Of a DNA stretch of 64,000 nt, positions 45,022 to 54,029 are shown one piece after another. Origin of the DNA: Bacillota bacterium (lineage in GTDB: Bacteria; Bacillota; Clostridia; Christensenellales; SZUA-584); NCBI GenBank assembly GCA_023460085.1, contig JAEWRI010000022.1:135487-199486 (forward strand), in the 5' to 3' direction. Within the stretch, counting starts at the first letter, position 1. The number at the start of each line of letters is the position of its first letter. The notes below the pieces were generated by a model. That model was not told the origin of the DNA. It searched no databases and saw nothing but the letters and a program-made list of their open reading frames with translations. Both the position numbers and the translations under genes were made by a program.

Positions 45022-45708
45022 CTATATTCCTTGCTTCCAAACTCCACCTACATTAGCAAAGGCGGTTGCCTGTTTCCAAACTCCACCCACATTTACATAA
45101 GGCGTTGCTTGCTTCCAAACTCCACCAACATTAAGGTAAAGTGAACTTCTGCTTTCCCATTGGATAGTTAAAACAATATCTGTTGCACTGCCGCACACTA
45201 AACCCATGTAGTTAGTTATATCTGCTGGAACAGTGCTACTTGTTGGCTTTGTCGCATAGCCGATTGTCATATAGTAACCAGCGGCTAAAGCATTAATTAT
45301 TCCTTCAATATTGGATAGAGAATAATTAACCGCACCAGAAGCTACAGGTTGAATAGATAAGCTATTCATATATGATGTATTTACATCACCATCACCATCA
45401 ATAACGCTGGTATTGGTAACGCTAAGAAAGCCTGTTCTTACTGAACCCCAAGAACCATTACCATCTTGTCTGGTTAATGTAATTGTGATTGAAGCAGGAT
45501 AGTAGTTAGTGTTGATTGTGCCGATACTTCCATAAGTGGCATCTGCATCAAACTTCCAATAACTCGTATAATAGCTTGAAGTATATGAACTATAGGCTAA
45601 TTGCTTGAAGGTATCAGAAACATCAGTTTTAATTCCTTTGTTACTTCCATTATACCAATAGTTATATGCTCTACTTGCTAAGTTAAGTTGATGTGTAGTT
45701 GTTATCAT
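45022..45708 (-). CDS. Tail fibre/receptor-binding accessory protein with C-terminal NVGGVWKQ repeats
   Basis: 228 aa, Ser/Thr/Tyr/Asn-rich and beta-rich. It lies between the tail fibre gene and the lysis cassette. Three C-terminal 13-aa repeats. Confidence 0.55.
   Translation of the reverse strand: MITTTHQLNLASRAYNYWYNGSNKGIKTDVSDTFKQLAYSSYTSSYYTSYWKFDADATYGSIGTINTNYYPASITITLTRQDGNGSWGSVRTGFLSVTNTSVIDGDGDVNTSYMNSLSIQPVASGAVNYSLSNIEGIINALAAGYYMTIGYATKPTSSTVPADITNYMGLVCGSATDIVLTIQWESRSSLYLNVGGVWKQATPYVNVGGVWKQATAFANVGGVWKQGI
45025..45141 (-). repeat. 3 x 39-bp in-frame tandem repeat (NVGGVWKQAT-xxx)
   Basis: ttccaaactccacc recurs at 45035, 45074 and 45113 (period 39 bp). Confidence 0.8.
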
Positions 45709-45719
45709 ATCAACTCACC

Positions 45720-46637
45720 TCAACTATACTTCAAATAAATATCACCCGAACTACCGCCTGAAGGTGAAGCTGTACCAGAAGTAATTTGTTTTTGTTTTGC
45801 GTCAAGTGTAGCTTGTAAGTTCGTAACCTCTGAAATAGCGTGTGTGTGGCTAAGTGCCGCATAAATACTATGTGTATGGCTGGTTGCGGCCTTGCCATCC
45901 AATGTAGTTTGTAGGCTGGTTACATTAGCTATACTGTGAGTATGTGAAGCTGCGGCCTTACCATCTAAAGCTGTCTGAAGGCCTGTTACATCACTGATTG
46001 AATGAGTGTGTGAAGAACTTGCTTTGCCATCCAAAGCCGCCTGTAAATCGGTTATATTGGCTATAACGTGAGTGTGAGTAGTCAAAGAATACTGTGCGTG
46101 AGTATGTCCAATATCCGATTTATTAGCCAGTGTGCTAACAATAGTGTTTAGCTGGTTCTGTATCTCTGCGGCTGAATAAGTTAAAGTTCTTTCATCAGTT
46201 AAGGTTACTGTACTACCGTTTGTAATTAAAGCACGATATAGCGGCAGTTGATAAATTAAGTCGTTCTGTGTTAAGTCTGGTGCTGTTGCTGTGCTTGCGG
46301 CAGTACCCTTAACAGTAAGTAATTCCATCTTTCTATTTGCGGTATCAAGCTGAATTATTACTCTATCAATTCTTTGTAGTGAAGCTGTTTCTGCGTCTAA
46401 GGTAATAGTTGAACTATCTTCATTAAAACCGAATCTTCCATTAATAAAGCAGTTACCATTTCCCACTGTCAGTTCTAAGCCATTTGCAGTAATAGCAAAA
46501 CTATCACCAACATTTTGACTAACTCCATTACCGGCTAACCCCTTAACCAGTTCTGCAAATTCAGCACTAGAGTATTGGTATATATCTGAATCGCCTTCAG
46601 CAAAATCAAACATTCCATAAAAATCTAAGTTTGCCAT
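45720..46637 (-). CDS. Tail fibre protein with HxH-containing 22-aa repeats
   Basis: 305 aa. Repeats SHTHSI(S/A)xVTxLQTxLDGKAxx. The position and composition are typical of phage fibres. Confidence 0.7.
   Translation of the reverse strand: MANLDFYGMFDFAEGDSDIYQYSSAEFAELVKGLAGNGVSQNVGDSFAITANGLELTVGNGNCFINGRFGFNEDSSTITLDAETASLQRIDRVIIQLDTANRKMELLTVKGTAASTATAPDLTQNDLIYQLPLYRALITNGSTVTLTDERTLTYSAAEIQNQLNTIVSTLANKSDIGHTHAQYSLTTHTHVIANITDLQAALDGKASSSHTHSISDVTGLQTALDGKAAASHTHSIANVTSLQTTLDGKAATSHTHSIYAALSHTHAISEVTNLQATLDAKQKQITSGTASPSGGSSGDIYLKYS
45786..46109 (-). repeat. 66-bp (22-aa) in-frame tandem repeats, 3 full + partial copies
   Basis: THTHVIANITDLQAALDGKASS / SHTHSISDVTGLQTALDGKAAA / SHTHSIANVTSLQTTLDGKAAT / SHTHSIYAAL / SHTHAISEVTNLQATLDAKQKQ. 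Confidence 0.8.
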
Positions 46638-46652
46638 GTAGTTTACCTCCTA

Positions 46653-48536
46653 TCATGCTGTTCTTTTCCACATATACACTGTGATATATGGCTGTAAATT
46701 ATTGTGTGCTTGTCCTCCACCTGTGTTTTGGTTAGTTGCGGTTGTAGCGTTATTTGTTGCTGTTGTGCTTTGGTTAGTAGCTGTGGTTGAACTACATGAA
46801 GGTGTTGCACTTCCAGAAGAACCAGAATAGGCAGGAATATCAACAGTGTGTGTATGTGCACCATTTTCTTTAGCCATAAAAGATTGGTCATAGATTGTGT
46901 TGCTTGAATAACCTGTTGAATAACCAGATACAGCAGTACCACCACCATTAGAAGTTGATAGTGATACAAACTTACCATTTGATGGATACCAAAGCTGGTG
47001 AGTATGTGCACCATTACTTGCCGCTGTTGCGTCTGAATGGTCATGGTTTATAGTGTGAGAATGTTCACCTATTGAGTGTGAATGGCTATCCTGTGTATGT
47101 GTATGGCTGTTCTGTGAGTGATTGTGGCTATCTTGAATATGGGTATGGGAAGGCATTTCTTCAATACTTAATGTATGTGTTTTTTCACCGCCAGCCTGTT
47201 CAACCGCATCAAAATCTTCATCTTCTTCATCAACACCAATTAAGGTTCTTCCTTTAGCAAAGGTTTCCCAAGTGCCGCCAAATAACGTGGCTGGTGAAGC
47301 TGAATTTACTGAAGTGTAGATAGCACCAATTGGATATATCATTAGTAATATATCTGAAATTGTTTTACTTTCTAAAGTACTGGCATCAATGTTACCACTG
47401 CCACTACCAGTAACGCCTTCCACCTTTAATAGTGATTGCGTGCTACTACTACTGCGGCGTAAGGCATCACCTAAAGTTTGCTTATCATAGCCAAAGACAA
47501 CATCTATTCCATATCCATTACTATCACAAACTTCAGTTATTTCAGTAAGTCTAAAATCAATAGTGCTTTCAATTACACTATCTTCAATAGTTCCAATATC
47601 ACCTAAATCAAAATCTACTCTATATCTTTCAATTAATAGTTGATTAAAGGTAATTTGATAATTTGCGGTATCACCATATTCAGCTAGTGCTTCCTGTCCT
47701 CTTTGTGGTAGTAAGCTATCATCCTCAATATCTCTGGCATCAACGAATAATTCATTTCTTCCTAATCCGCTAGTAGCATCATTAATTTTTACAACACTTC
47801 TATCAACGCCTTCACCCTGTCCAGCAATAATAGCTGTTGTCGGCACACCTTTATTGTTTTCTAATACTGTGCTTGCAAGGCTGTCATTTTCATAAGAAAG
47901 AATAAGGCGGCTGTTGGTTGATTGGTTAATACTTCGGTCTAATCCATTGTAGATATGGAATACAATTTCAGCGTATTGTTCATTACCTTCAATAGGCTGT
48001 ATATCCGCATACCAGCCAATATTATTGGTTGTAGCTATGGTTGTAACATCATCGTAGGCATTGCCGAATCTGCCGCTATAATCAATTGTGCGGCCTTCTA
48101 TCACATAATAATCAGCAATTGTTATATGTGGTATTTGTCGTTGTGCCGCATCACAATTAATCAGTTGCTTATCAATAATATTAGCTATTACTGTTTCTGG
48201 TGCTGTTGATGAATACGATTGGTAAGCCGCATCTGTAGGCGGCATTACAATTCTTTGATTTAATATACCTTTTAGTTCTGTACCAGAATAGGTTATAGTA
48301 TTTTCATTACCAATACTTGTTACCACTTTTTTAACTATTCCGGCTACTCCATCACCATTAGAAATGAATTCAAAGCCGCTAATCAGCTTTGCATTATCAC
48401 TTAAAGCATTTAAAACTAATTGCCAATCACCAACATCACTATATTTTCTGGTAAAAGTAAAGCTGGTGTAGTCATCAACTACACCAACCAACTTTAAACC
48501 ATCTTCAGTTAATTTATAACATTTTACTTCTGCCAT
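46653..48536 (-). CDS. Tail-tip/baseplate receptor-binding protein (Gp37-like N-terminus, tail-collar-like C-terminal region, His-rich tract)
   Basis: 627 aa, downstream of Dit. YPIGAIYTS...FGGTWETFAKGRTLIG and GGEKTHTLSIEEMPSHTH resemble phage tail-collar/MdpB-type motifs. HxH cluster HTHIQDSHNHSQNSHTHTQDSHSHSIGEHSHTINHDHS. Confidence 0.7.
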   Translation of the reverse strand: MAEVKCYKLTEDGLKLVGVVDDYTSFTFTRKYSDVGDWQLVLNALSDNAKLISGFEFISNGDGVAGIVKKVVTSIGNENTITYSGTELKGILNQRIVMPPTDAAYQSYSSTAPETVIANIIDKQLINCDAAQRQIPHITIADYYVIEGRTIDYSGRFGNAYDDVTTIATTNNIGWYADIQPIEGNEQYAEIVFHIYNGLDRSINQSTNSRLILSYENDSLASTVLENNKGVPTTAIIAGQGEGVDRSVVKINDATSGLGRNELFVDARDIEDDSLLPQRGQEALAEYGDTANYQITFNQLLIERYRVDFDLGDIGTIEDSVIESTIDFRLTEITEVCDSNGYGIDVVFGYDKQTLGDALRRSSSSTQSLLKVEGVTGSGSGNIDASTLESKTISDILLMIYPIGAIYTSVNSASPATLFGGTWETFAKGRTLIGVDEEDEDFDAVEQAGGEKTHTLSIEEMPSHTHIQDSHNHSQNSHTHTQDSHSHSIGEHSHTINHDHSDATAASNGAHTHQLWYPSNGKFVSLSTSNGGGTAVSGYSTGYSSNTIYDQSFMAKENGAHTHTVDIPAYSGSSGSATPSCSSTTATNQSTTATNNATTATNQNTGGGQAHNNLQPYITVYMWKRTA

Positions 48537-48539
48537 CCG

Positions 48540-49394
48540 TTACACCCCAACATAGTAATTACGCCAGTAAATAAAAACTTCTGGTGTGCCAGCGTCACCG
48601 CTAAAACTCAATTGATTAGTTCCTTTAGGTAAAGAAAAGAAGGTTGAATTTAGTGAAATAAGGTGAAAAGCACTTTCTATACTGCCATCAAGATTTACTT
48701 TGTTTACTGTCTTTTTACCGTATTCAGTCTTAATGATAAGGCTTTCCCCATCATCAATACTGGTTTCTACTTTTATGAATTCCCCTGTATTAATTAGTTC
48801 TAAATTTGGATTTACAGAAGTGTTTTTGAATTCTGCACGAATTGGTGAAGGAACATCCCCAACTATTTCAATAGTTGCTACATCACCTTTCTGTGCAAAA
48901 TTCACGCCTTCTTCATCAAATTCAAGCGGATAAACTAAACCGCCTGTAAAGTCACCAAGCTTAACCGCACTTTCCGCATTGTCAAACCAAAGAGGATTAT
49001 TAGCAGTAAGTTCAACATTGTAATATTGAATCGTGCCACGTTTTGCGGCTGGTGTTGGTGCGGCAGTTACCACTACCTTAATTGACTTGCTTATAAAATC
49101 ATTAATATAGGTAAGAGTGCCTTCACCCAAAAGAGGATTAAATATACTGGCTAAATTACGTCTTGCAGTATACATATCTAATGCGTTTTCAGTAATGTAG
49201 CCAAAGGATATATTGATAATTCTTATACCCAAGTTTGAAGAAATGAAGGTTGAACCATTCTGCTTATAGCCACTAGTAGTTATTGGTATAATCTCACTAG
49301 CTGTTAAACCGTCATACTTACTTAGAATATAACTACCATCATAATCAATGGTAGTAGTGTTTCCTAAAGCATTTTTAAATATAAATCTCTCCAT
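48540..49394 (-). CDS. Distal tail protein (Dit)
   Basis: 284 aa immediately after the tape measure gene (1-nt overlap). N-terminus typical of the siphovirus tail-component family. Confidence 0.7.
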   Translation of the reverse strand: MERFIFKNALGNTTTIDYDGSYILSKYDGLTASEIIPITTSGYKQNGSTFISSNLGIRIINISFGYITENALDMYTARRNLASIFNPLLGEGTLTYINDFISKSIKVVVTAAPTPAAKRGTIQYYNVELTANNPLWFDNAESAVKLGDFTGGLVYPLEFDEEGVNFAQKGDVATIEIVGDVPSPIRAEFKNTSVNPNLELINTGEFIKVETSIDDGESLIIKTEYGKKTVNKVNLDGSIESAFHLISLNSTFFSLPKGTNQLSFSGDAGTPEVFIYWRNYYVGV

Positions 49395-51322
49395 TATGCG
49401 AAAGCCTCCGCTAACTCTTTACTTAAACGCCTTACTTGAATTTGTTGTTCATATGGTGTTAAGGCTTTTGCGGAAAGAGTGATATTTTGAGTTATTGAAT
49501 TGTTTTGGTTGCCAGAATAAGCAGGATTGCTACTTTGTGTCGCTTTCGCTAATTGAGAACTAGTAGAATTACTTGAACCATATAGTGAAGCATCAATACT
49601 AGGCATATCTAAGCTAGGATTAAAAGCGTTTTCTACTTCTCTAGCTATATCACCCATTGCATCAATAGCTAAATCTGCTGTGTCGGTTAGGCCATTGGCT
49701 AATCCTTGTGTCATGTTTTCGCCAAAAGAAGCAAACACTGTTGAAGGTGAGTGAATTCCAAAGAATTCTTTAATCTTATCAACTAAGTTATTGCACCAGC
49801 CTTTAACCTTGTTCCATAACCAAGTTGCGGCATCACTAATACCCTGCCAGATACCTTTAATTAAGTTCAAGCCTGTTTCAGCCATCTTAGAAAAGAATGA
49901 ACCGAAAGCATTAACAATACCTGTTATAATTTGCGGTATTGCTTTTACTATCTCAATTATGATTGTTGGAAGGTTTTCTACTAAAGCAATAAATAGCTGA
50001 ATACCTGCATCAATCAACATTGGAATTAAAGTATCAATCTTATCAAGAATTGAAGTAATTATTTTTGGTATGGCCTTAACTATTGATGATATAATTGCCG
50101 GCAAATTTTCAACCAATGCGGTTATTAACTGAATTCCAGCATCAATAATTAATGGAATAGCATCAATCAATGTTGTTATAATTGAATCAATGATTTCTGG
50201 TATTGCATCAATAATACTAGGAATTGCTTCCAATAACCCTTTTACCAAAGCTAATATAATCTGAATAGCCGCATCAATAATTAAAGGTAAATTATCAATG
50301 ATTATTTGCACCATTGTTAAAAGAACATTAACTATTGTTGGTATTAGTTCTGGTAAGGCTTCAGCTATACCATTAATGATTGCTAGAAGAATTTGAATAC
50401 CAGCTTCTAATATGGTTGGTAACATATTGATAATTTCATTTACCAACTGCAATATAATGGTTATCGCTGTTTTAATTAAAGTGGGTAAGTTATCAACAAT
50501 CCCTTTAATTAAAGTAGGAATAATTGTTTGTGCTACTTGAAGTATCTTAGGTATTGATTGTAAAAGCATATTTACAAAGTTATTAATACCTGTACTTAGC
50601 TTTTCCTCAGCACCATCAGCACCAGTTATAATGCCTGTTAACCCTTCTAAAATATTACCCATTGAAGGTAATAAGGCACTCATTACTTCATTCTGAAAGC
50701 CAGTAAAAGAAGCTTTCAGCTTTTCTAAGCTATCACCAAAGGATTCAGCACCGGCAACAGCATCATTTGACATAACAGCACCAATATCTACAGCTTCCTG
50801 TTTTAGTGCGTCTATGCCGGTTACACCCTCATTTAATAAAGGTGTTAAGTCATATGCGGCCTTGCCAAACAGTTCTTGTGCGGCGGCGGCACGTTCACTT
50901 TCATCAGTGATACCAGCTATTTGTGTTAAGGCTTGTTCTAAGTTTAAATCTGAACCGCTTTTCTGAAGGTTCTTAGCCGCTTGTTCTAGTGTTTCCATAT
51001 CAACACCAGATTGACTTGCCGCATAACCTAGTTCTTGAACTGATTCAGCACTAATGCCCATTCTTTGTGAAGCATCATATATTTCACCTGCGGCATCTGC
51101 TGTTTGAGTTGCCATTTTCCAAACACCGGCAACTACTGTTGTAGTAAAGCCAACAATGGCAGTAGTAGCTGTTGCTATACCTTTTCCAATACCTTTTACA
51201 GTATCACCAATACCACTTCCAGCCTTCTTAACCTGTTCTTCTGTTTCTCCTATTTGTTTATTTGCTTCTGTATTATCTACTCCAATTGCGATTTTCAAAG
51301 TGCCTAAATCAAGGCTTGCCAT
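49394..51322 (-). CDS. Tape measure protein
   Basis: 642 aa, helical, with internally repeated IPxIIDAGIQLxxALVENLPxII segments. It follows the G/GT chaperone genes. GAGGTG SD. Confidence 0.85.
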   Translation of the reverse strand: MASLDLGTLKIAIGVDNTEANKQIGETEEQVKKAGSGIGDTVKGIGKGIATATTAIVGFTTTVVAGVWKMATQTADAAGEIYDASQRMGISAESVQELGYAASQSGVDMETLEQAAKNLQKSGSDLNLEQALTQIAGITDESERAAAAQELFGKAAYDLTPLLNEGVTGIDALKQEAVDIGAVMSNDAVAGAESFGDSLEKLKASFTGFQNEVMSALLPSMGNILEGLTGIITGADGAEEKLSTGINNFVNMLLQSIPKILQVAQTIIPTLIKGIVDNLPTLIKTAITIILQLVNEIINMLPTILEAGIQILLAIINGIAEALPELIPTIVNVLLTMVQIIIDNLPLIIDAAIQIILALVKGLLEAIPSIIDAIPEIIDSIITTLIDAIPLIIDAGIQLITALVENLPAIISSIVKAIPKIITSILDKIDTLIPMLIDAGIQLFIALVENLPTIIIEIVKAIPQIITGIVNAFGSFFSKMAETGLNLIKGIWQGISDAATWLWNKVKGWCNNLVDKIKEFFGIHSPSTVFASFGENMTQGLANGLTDTADLAIDAMGDIAREVENAFNPSLDMPSIDASLYGSSNSTSSQLAKATQSSNPAYSGNQNNSITQNITLSAKALTPYEQQIQVRRLSKELAEAFA

Positions 51323-51366
51323 ATTAATTCACCTCGCAAATAAACAAGGAAAAATAAAAGGCGTTT

Positions 51367-51950
51367 CTATTTTGTTTTCTTGCGAAACGCCTTTCTATCT
51401 ATACTTGTTGTGTTAAGTCGTTTGCATTTTTCTAAATAATCACGCCCTTCTTGTGTTTCATTCAATTCTTCTATAATTGCGTTTTTATTCATTGATAGAA
51501 AAACATCATAATCAAGTTGTAAAACTTCGTGATAATTTAGGTTGGAATATGCCATTACTCGCCTTAAAGCTGGCATTATTTCTGCTTCACCTTCGCTATC
51601 ATCATCATCAAAGGCAGGTAGTGAAGGCGGTTTTAGTTTGGGTTGTTCTGAAGTTCATTAATGAATTCACCGTAAGATTTAACAATTGCTTGAAGCATAA
51701 ATAAATCCATTTTCTTAACCTGTTCTAATGTGAATTCTATAGTGTTTGTGTTATTGTTGAGAATTTTTAAAACTATAGAAGCTAATCCTTCCATAATCTC
51801 GATAGGATTACCCTTATCTAAATTTTCCATCAACATCATATCAATTACTAACTGTTGTGAAGGCTTTTTAATATTAATTTTTGTGCCATCCTCCATAGTA
51901 ATATCAAAAGTCTTTTTATTAAAAACTGATAAATCCAGTGCATTAGCCAT
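51367..51950 (-). CDS. Tail assembly chaperone frameshift product (gpGT-like, -1 PRF)
   Basis: A -1 slip at C_CCA_AAC joins ...LQNNP to KLKPPSLPAFDDDDSEGEAEIMPALRRVMAYSN..., which is the frame of ORF 51367..51576. Verified by hand translation. Confidence 0.65.
51633..51950 (-). CDS. Tail assembly chaperone (gpG-like)
   Basis: 105 aa between the major tail and tape measure genes. It ends 1 nt after a CCCAAAC slippery heptamer. Confidence 0.75.
   Translation of the reverse strand: MANALDLSVFNKKTFDITMEDGTKINIKKPSQQLVIDMMLMENLDKGNPIEIMEGLASIVLKILNNNTNTIEFTLEQVKKMDLFMLQAIVKSYGEFINELQNNPN
51636..51642 (-). promoter_or_regulatory. -1 programmed ribosomal frameshift slippery heptamer CCCAAAC
   Basis: X_XXY_YYZ in the correct phase (AAC CCA AAC TAA), directly before the gpG stop codon. 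Confidence 0.65.
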
Positions 51951-51964
51951 TATAAAATCCTCCT

Positions 51965-51998
51965 AAAAGTAAGAGGAAGGCTTGCCGCCTTCCTCTAT
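51965..51998 (-). terminator. Intrinsic (probably leaky) terminator after the major tail gene
   Basis: Minus strand reads gaggaaggc-ggcaa-gccttcctc followed by TTACTTTT. Confidence 0.5.
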
Positions 51999-52023
51999 TA
52001 GCTTATTTTTATTGTTGTGTTAA

Positions 52024-52566
52024 TTAAGCAACACTGTATTCTTCAGTAAGAATAACTTGTGTGCCATCTCCATCATGTGCAATAGCCTTGAATTCAGCAT
52101 CAATAACAGTTTCCTTGTCTGGTGCGAAAGCTAGACTAAATCCATTAGAAGCAGTTCCTACTAAGGTAACTCTGAACTTATTACCATCGGCTTCAGTATG
52201 CACAAAATGAATTACAAATTCACTCATTTCACGTGCACCCTTGCCGCCAATTGTAACAGTGCGTTTACCGTTTACAGTATCATCTTCATAAGAACAACTT
52301 GCAATTAGATTAGCAAGTGTTTCTAAGTTCCAAGTAAGTACACCGCTTTTAAAGTTGATTTCCTCACTTATTACAAAGCGTTTTAGCACTTCACCAGTAT
52401 CACTTGATACTTCATATTCATTAGGCTTATATTCTAGTGAAGCACCGCCTTGAATGTGTCCAACTTTATTAGCCGCTAGTTCAATAACATCATCGGCTGG
52501 TAAAGTTCCACTGAAAGCTACAATATATAAATCACCAGAACCTAAAATAACATTTTCTGTTGCCAT
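52024..52566 (-). CDS. Major tail protein
   Basis: 180 aa. MATENVILGSGDLYIV N-terminus typical of siphovirus major tail proteins. Its position is upstream of the chaperones. Confidence 0.8.
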   Translation of the reverse strand: MATENVILGSGDLYIVAFSGTLPADDVIELAANKVGHIQGGASLEYKPNEYEVSSDTGEVLKRFVISEEINFKSGVLTWNLETLANLIASCSYEDDTVNGKRTVTIGGKGAREMSEFVIHFVHTEADGNKFRVTLVGTASNGFSLAFAPDKETVIDAEFKAIAHDGDGTQVILTEEYSVA

Positions 52567-52569
52567 AGT

Positions 52570-52935
52570 TTATTCACTCCTTGATAGTATTTCAAAGTAT
52601 AGTAGTCTGTGGTGTTTCTTTCTTTCACTATCGTAAAGAGTGCCACCACCGTTTTGAACAACCTTTAATACATTGGTTGTTAGTGGAGTATCAGCCAAAG
52701 TTAGAATTAGCTGTTTTACTCGTTTTTCTATATCAATGGCTTTAGCCATCGTATTTGTTATAACGTGAATCTGAATTCTGTTTTTCTGTGTAATCTTATC
52801 ATCTGAAAGCGGCACTATCTCATATATCATGCACTCGCCGGTATAGCTGGTTTCCATAGGGTAAATGTTGGCGGCAGTGCCTATATAGCTGATTAGTTGG
52901 CTGTCATCCTTTAAAATGTTTAATACCTCAACCAT
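52570..52935 (-). CDS. Tail completion/terminator protein (DUF3168-like)
   Basis: 121 aa. Called by synteny between the gp10-like and major tail genes. Confidence 0.55.
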   Translation of the reverse strand: MVEVLNILKDDSQLISYIGTAANIYPMETSYTGECMIYEIVPLSDDKITQKNRIQIHVITNTMAKAIDIEKRVKQLILTLADTPLTTNVLKVVQNGGGTLYDSERKKHHRLLYFEILSRSE

Positions 52936-53368
52936 TACCCAACACCCCCTTAAACATAGCTAAAATAGCATCTCTGTTAGCATCAACCGCATCTTGAACG
53001 AATGGTGTTGGTTCTATGCCTTCTGTAGTATGCCATTCACCTTTAGCATCTTGATAAGACCAGGGAACTTCTTTTCTGCCGTTTCCCTCTATAGCGTAAA
53101 TACCAGTGCCTTGATGAACATAAGGTGCATATTCCAGATTAGAACCTACATAACCATTAACGCCAGTTTCATCAGCTTCAACCATATGGGTTATACTCAT
53201 TCGCAAAGTTCCCTTATCTCCGGCAGGACAGTTCTTTTTGCTGTCTGCTTCTACCTTCAGTGCGGCCTTCTCCATAGCTTCAGCTAAACCTTGCGGTAAT
53301 TGCTGTTCTATGAACTTCTTTAGGTTAGCTTGAACTTCACTGGTATCTACTGATAGAACCTTACTCAT
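52928..53368 (-). CDS. HK97 gp10-family tail-head joining protein
   Basis: TLRMSITHMV...GYVGSNLEYAPYVHQGTG matches the gp10-like signature. Confidence 0.7.
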   Translation of the reverse strand: MSKVLSVDTSEVQANLKKFIEQQLPQGLAEAMEKAALKVEADSKKNCPAGDKGTLRMSITHMVEADETGVNGYVGSNLEYAPYVHQGTGIYAIEGNGRKEVPWSYQDAKGEWHTTEGIEPTPFVQDAVDANRDAILAMFKGVLGNG

Positions 53369-53672
53369 TGGCAGTTACCTTTTTTAAGTAAACAAGAACC
53401 TTGCGGCCTTCACCATTAATGAAGTCAATGGTGTAAATATCACTGCCGTTTCTAAGTTCCTGTGCCTTTTCTAAGGCTTTATAATCTGTGATACCAATAT
53501 GAGTTGAATTAACAGTATTCACGTTATTAGAATTGATTGTGCTTCCTGTTAGAAGGCTTACCGCCATTTCAATAGTGGTTACAAAGGTTGAAGTTGTGGT
53601 TACTGCTTCATTGTATTCATTCAGTGCAGTTGGTAAACTATATACTTCATATAGCTTGATATGGTTCATCAT
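53361..53672 (-). CDS. Head closure / head-tail adaptor protein
   Basis: 103 aa. Called by synteny, with overlapping starts and stops against its neighbours. Confidence 0.6.
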   Translation of the reverse strand: MMNHIKLYEVYSLPTALNEYNEAVTTTSTFVTTIEMAVSLLTGSTINSNNVNTVNSTHIGITDYKALEKAQELRNGSDIYTIDFINGEGRKVLVYLKKVTANE

Positions 53673-53968
53673 AGGAATTGAGCCTTCCTATATCGGTTCA
53701 AAGCCTTAATTAAGTTAGATGGATAACCGTCTATAAAGCTATCACTAATGCCGCTAAAGCTTTGTGCCGCTAATCCTTCAGTACCCAATTTAGAATAGTT
53801 AACCAGCACCATATCATTGATTACACCAGCCGCATTATCCGGCACTTCATCACGATTACAATAATTCAGAAATTCAGATTGTGCTTGTTCGATAAGCACG
53901 TTAATTAAAGTATCTTTAGTATCACTATCTAACTGTAGCAATACCTTGATTGTTTCTAACTGTGTCAT
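53669..53968 (-). CDS. gp6-like head-tail connector protein
   Basis: IKVLLQLDSDTKDTLINVLIEQAQSEFLNYCNR is typical of the DNA-packaging/connector family. Confidence 0.7.
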   Translation of the reverse strand: MTQLETIKVLLQLDSDTKDTLINVLIEQAQSEFLNYCNRDEVPDNAAGVINDMVLVNYSKLGTEGLAAQSFSGISDSFIDGYPSNLIKALNRYRKAQFL

Positions 53969-53981
53969 TTTATCCCCCTAT

Positions 53982-54012
53982 AAAAGGGGAAGGAAGGTTT
54001 TATCCTTCCCCA
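53982..54012 (-). terminator. Intrinsic terminator after the major capsid gene
   Basis: Minus strand reads ggggaagg-loop-ccttcc(ttcccc) followed by TTTTATAGG. Confidence 0.45.
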
Positions 54013-54029
54013 AGTCGTTATTCAGTCAA

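Noticed and set aside
46643-47044. 133-aa ORF overlapping the 3' part of the receptor-binding protein gene in another frame.
   Set aside because: It lies wholly inside a much longer, better-supported ORF on the same strand. Its translation is a low-complexity artefact of the His/Thr/Gln-rich repeat region.
49394-51322. Periodic repeats in the tape measure gene considered as a CRISPR-like or other non-coding array.
   Set aside because: The repeats are in frame, diverged at the DNA level, and encode the helical IIDAGIQL..LVENLP units typical of tape measure proteins. There are no unique spacers.
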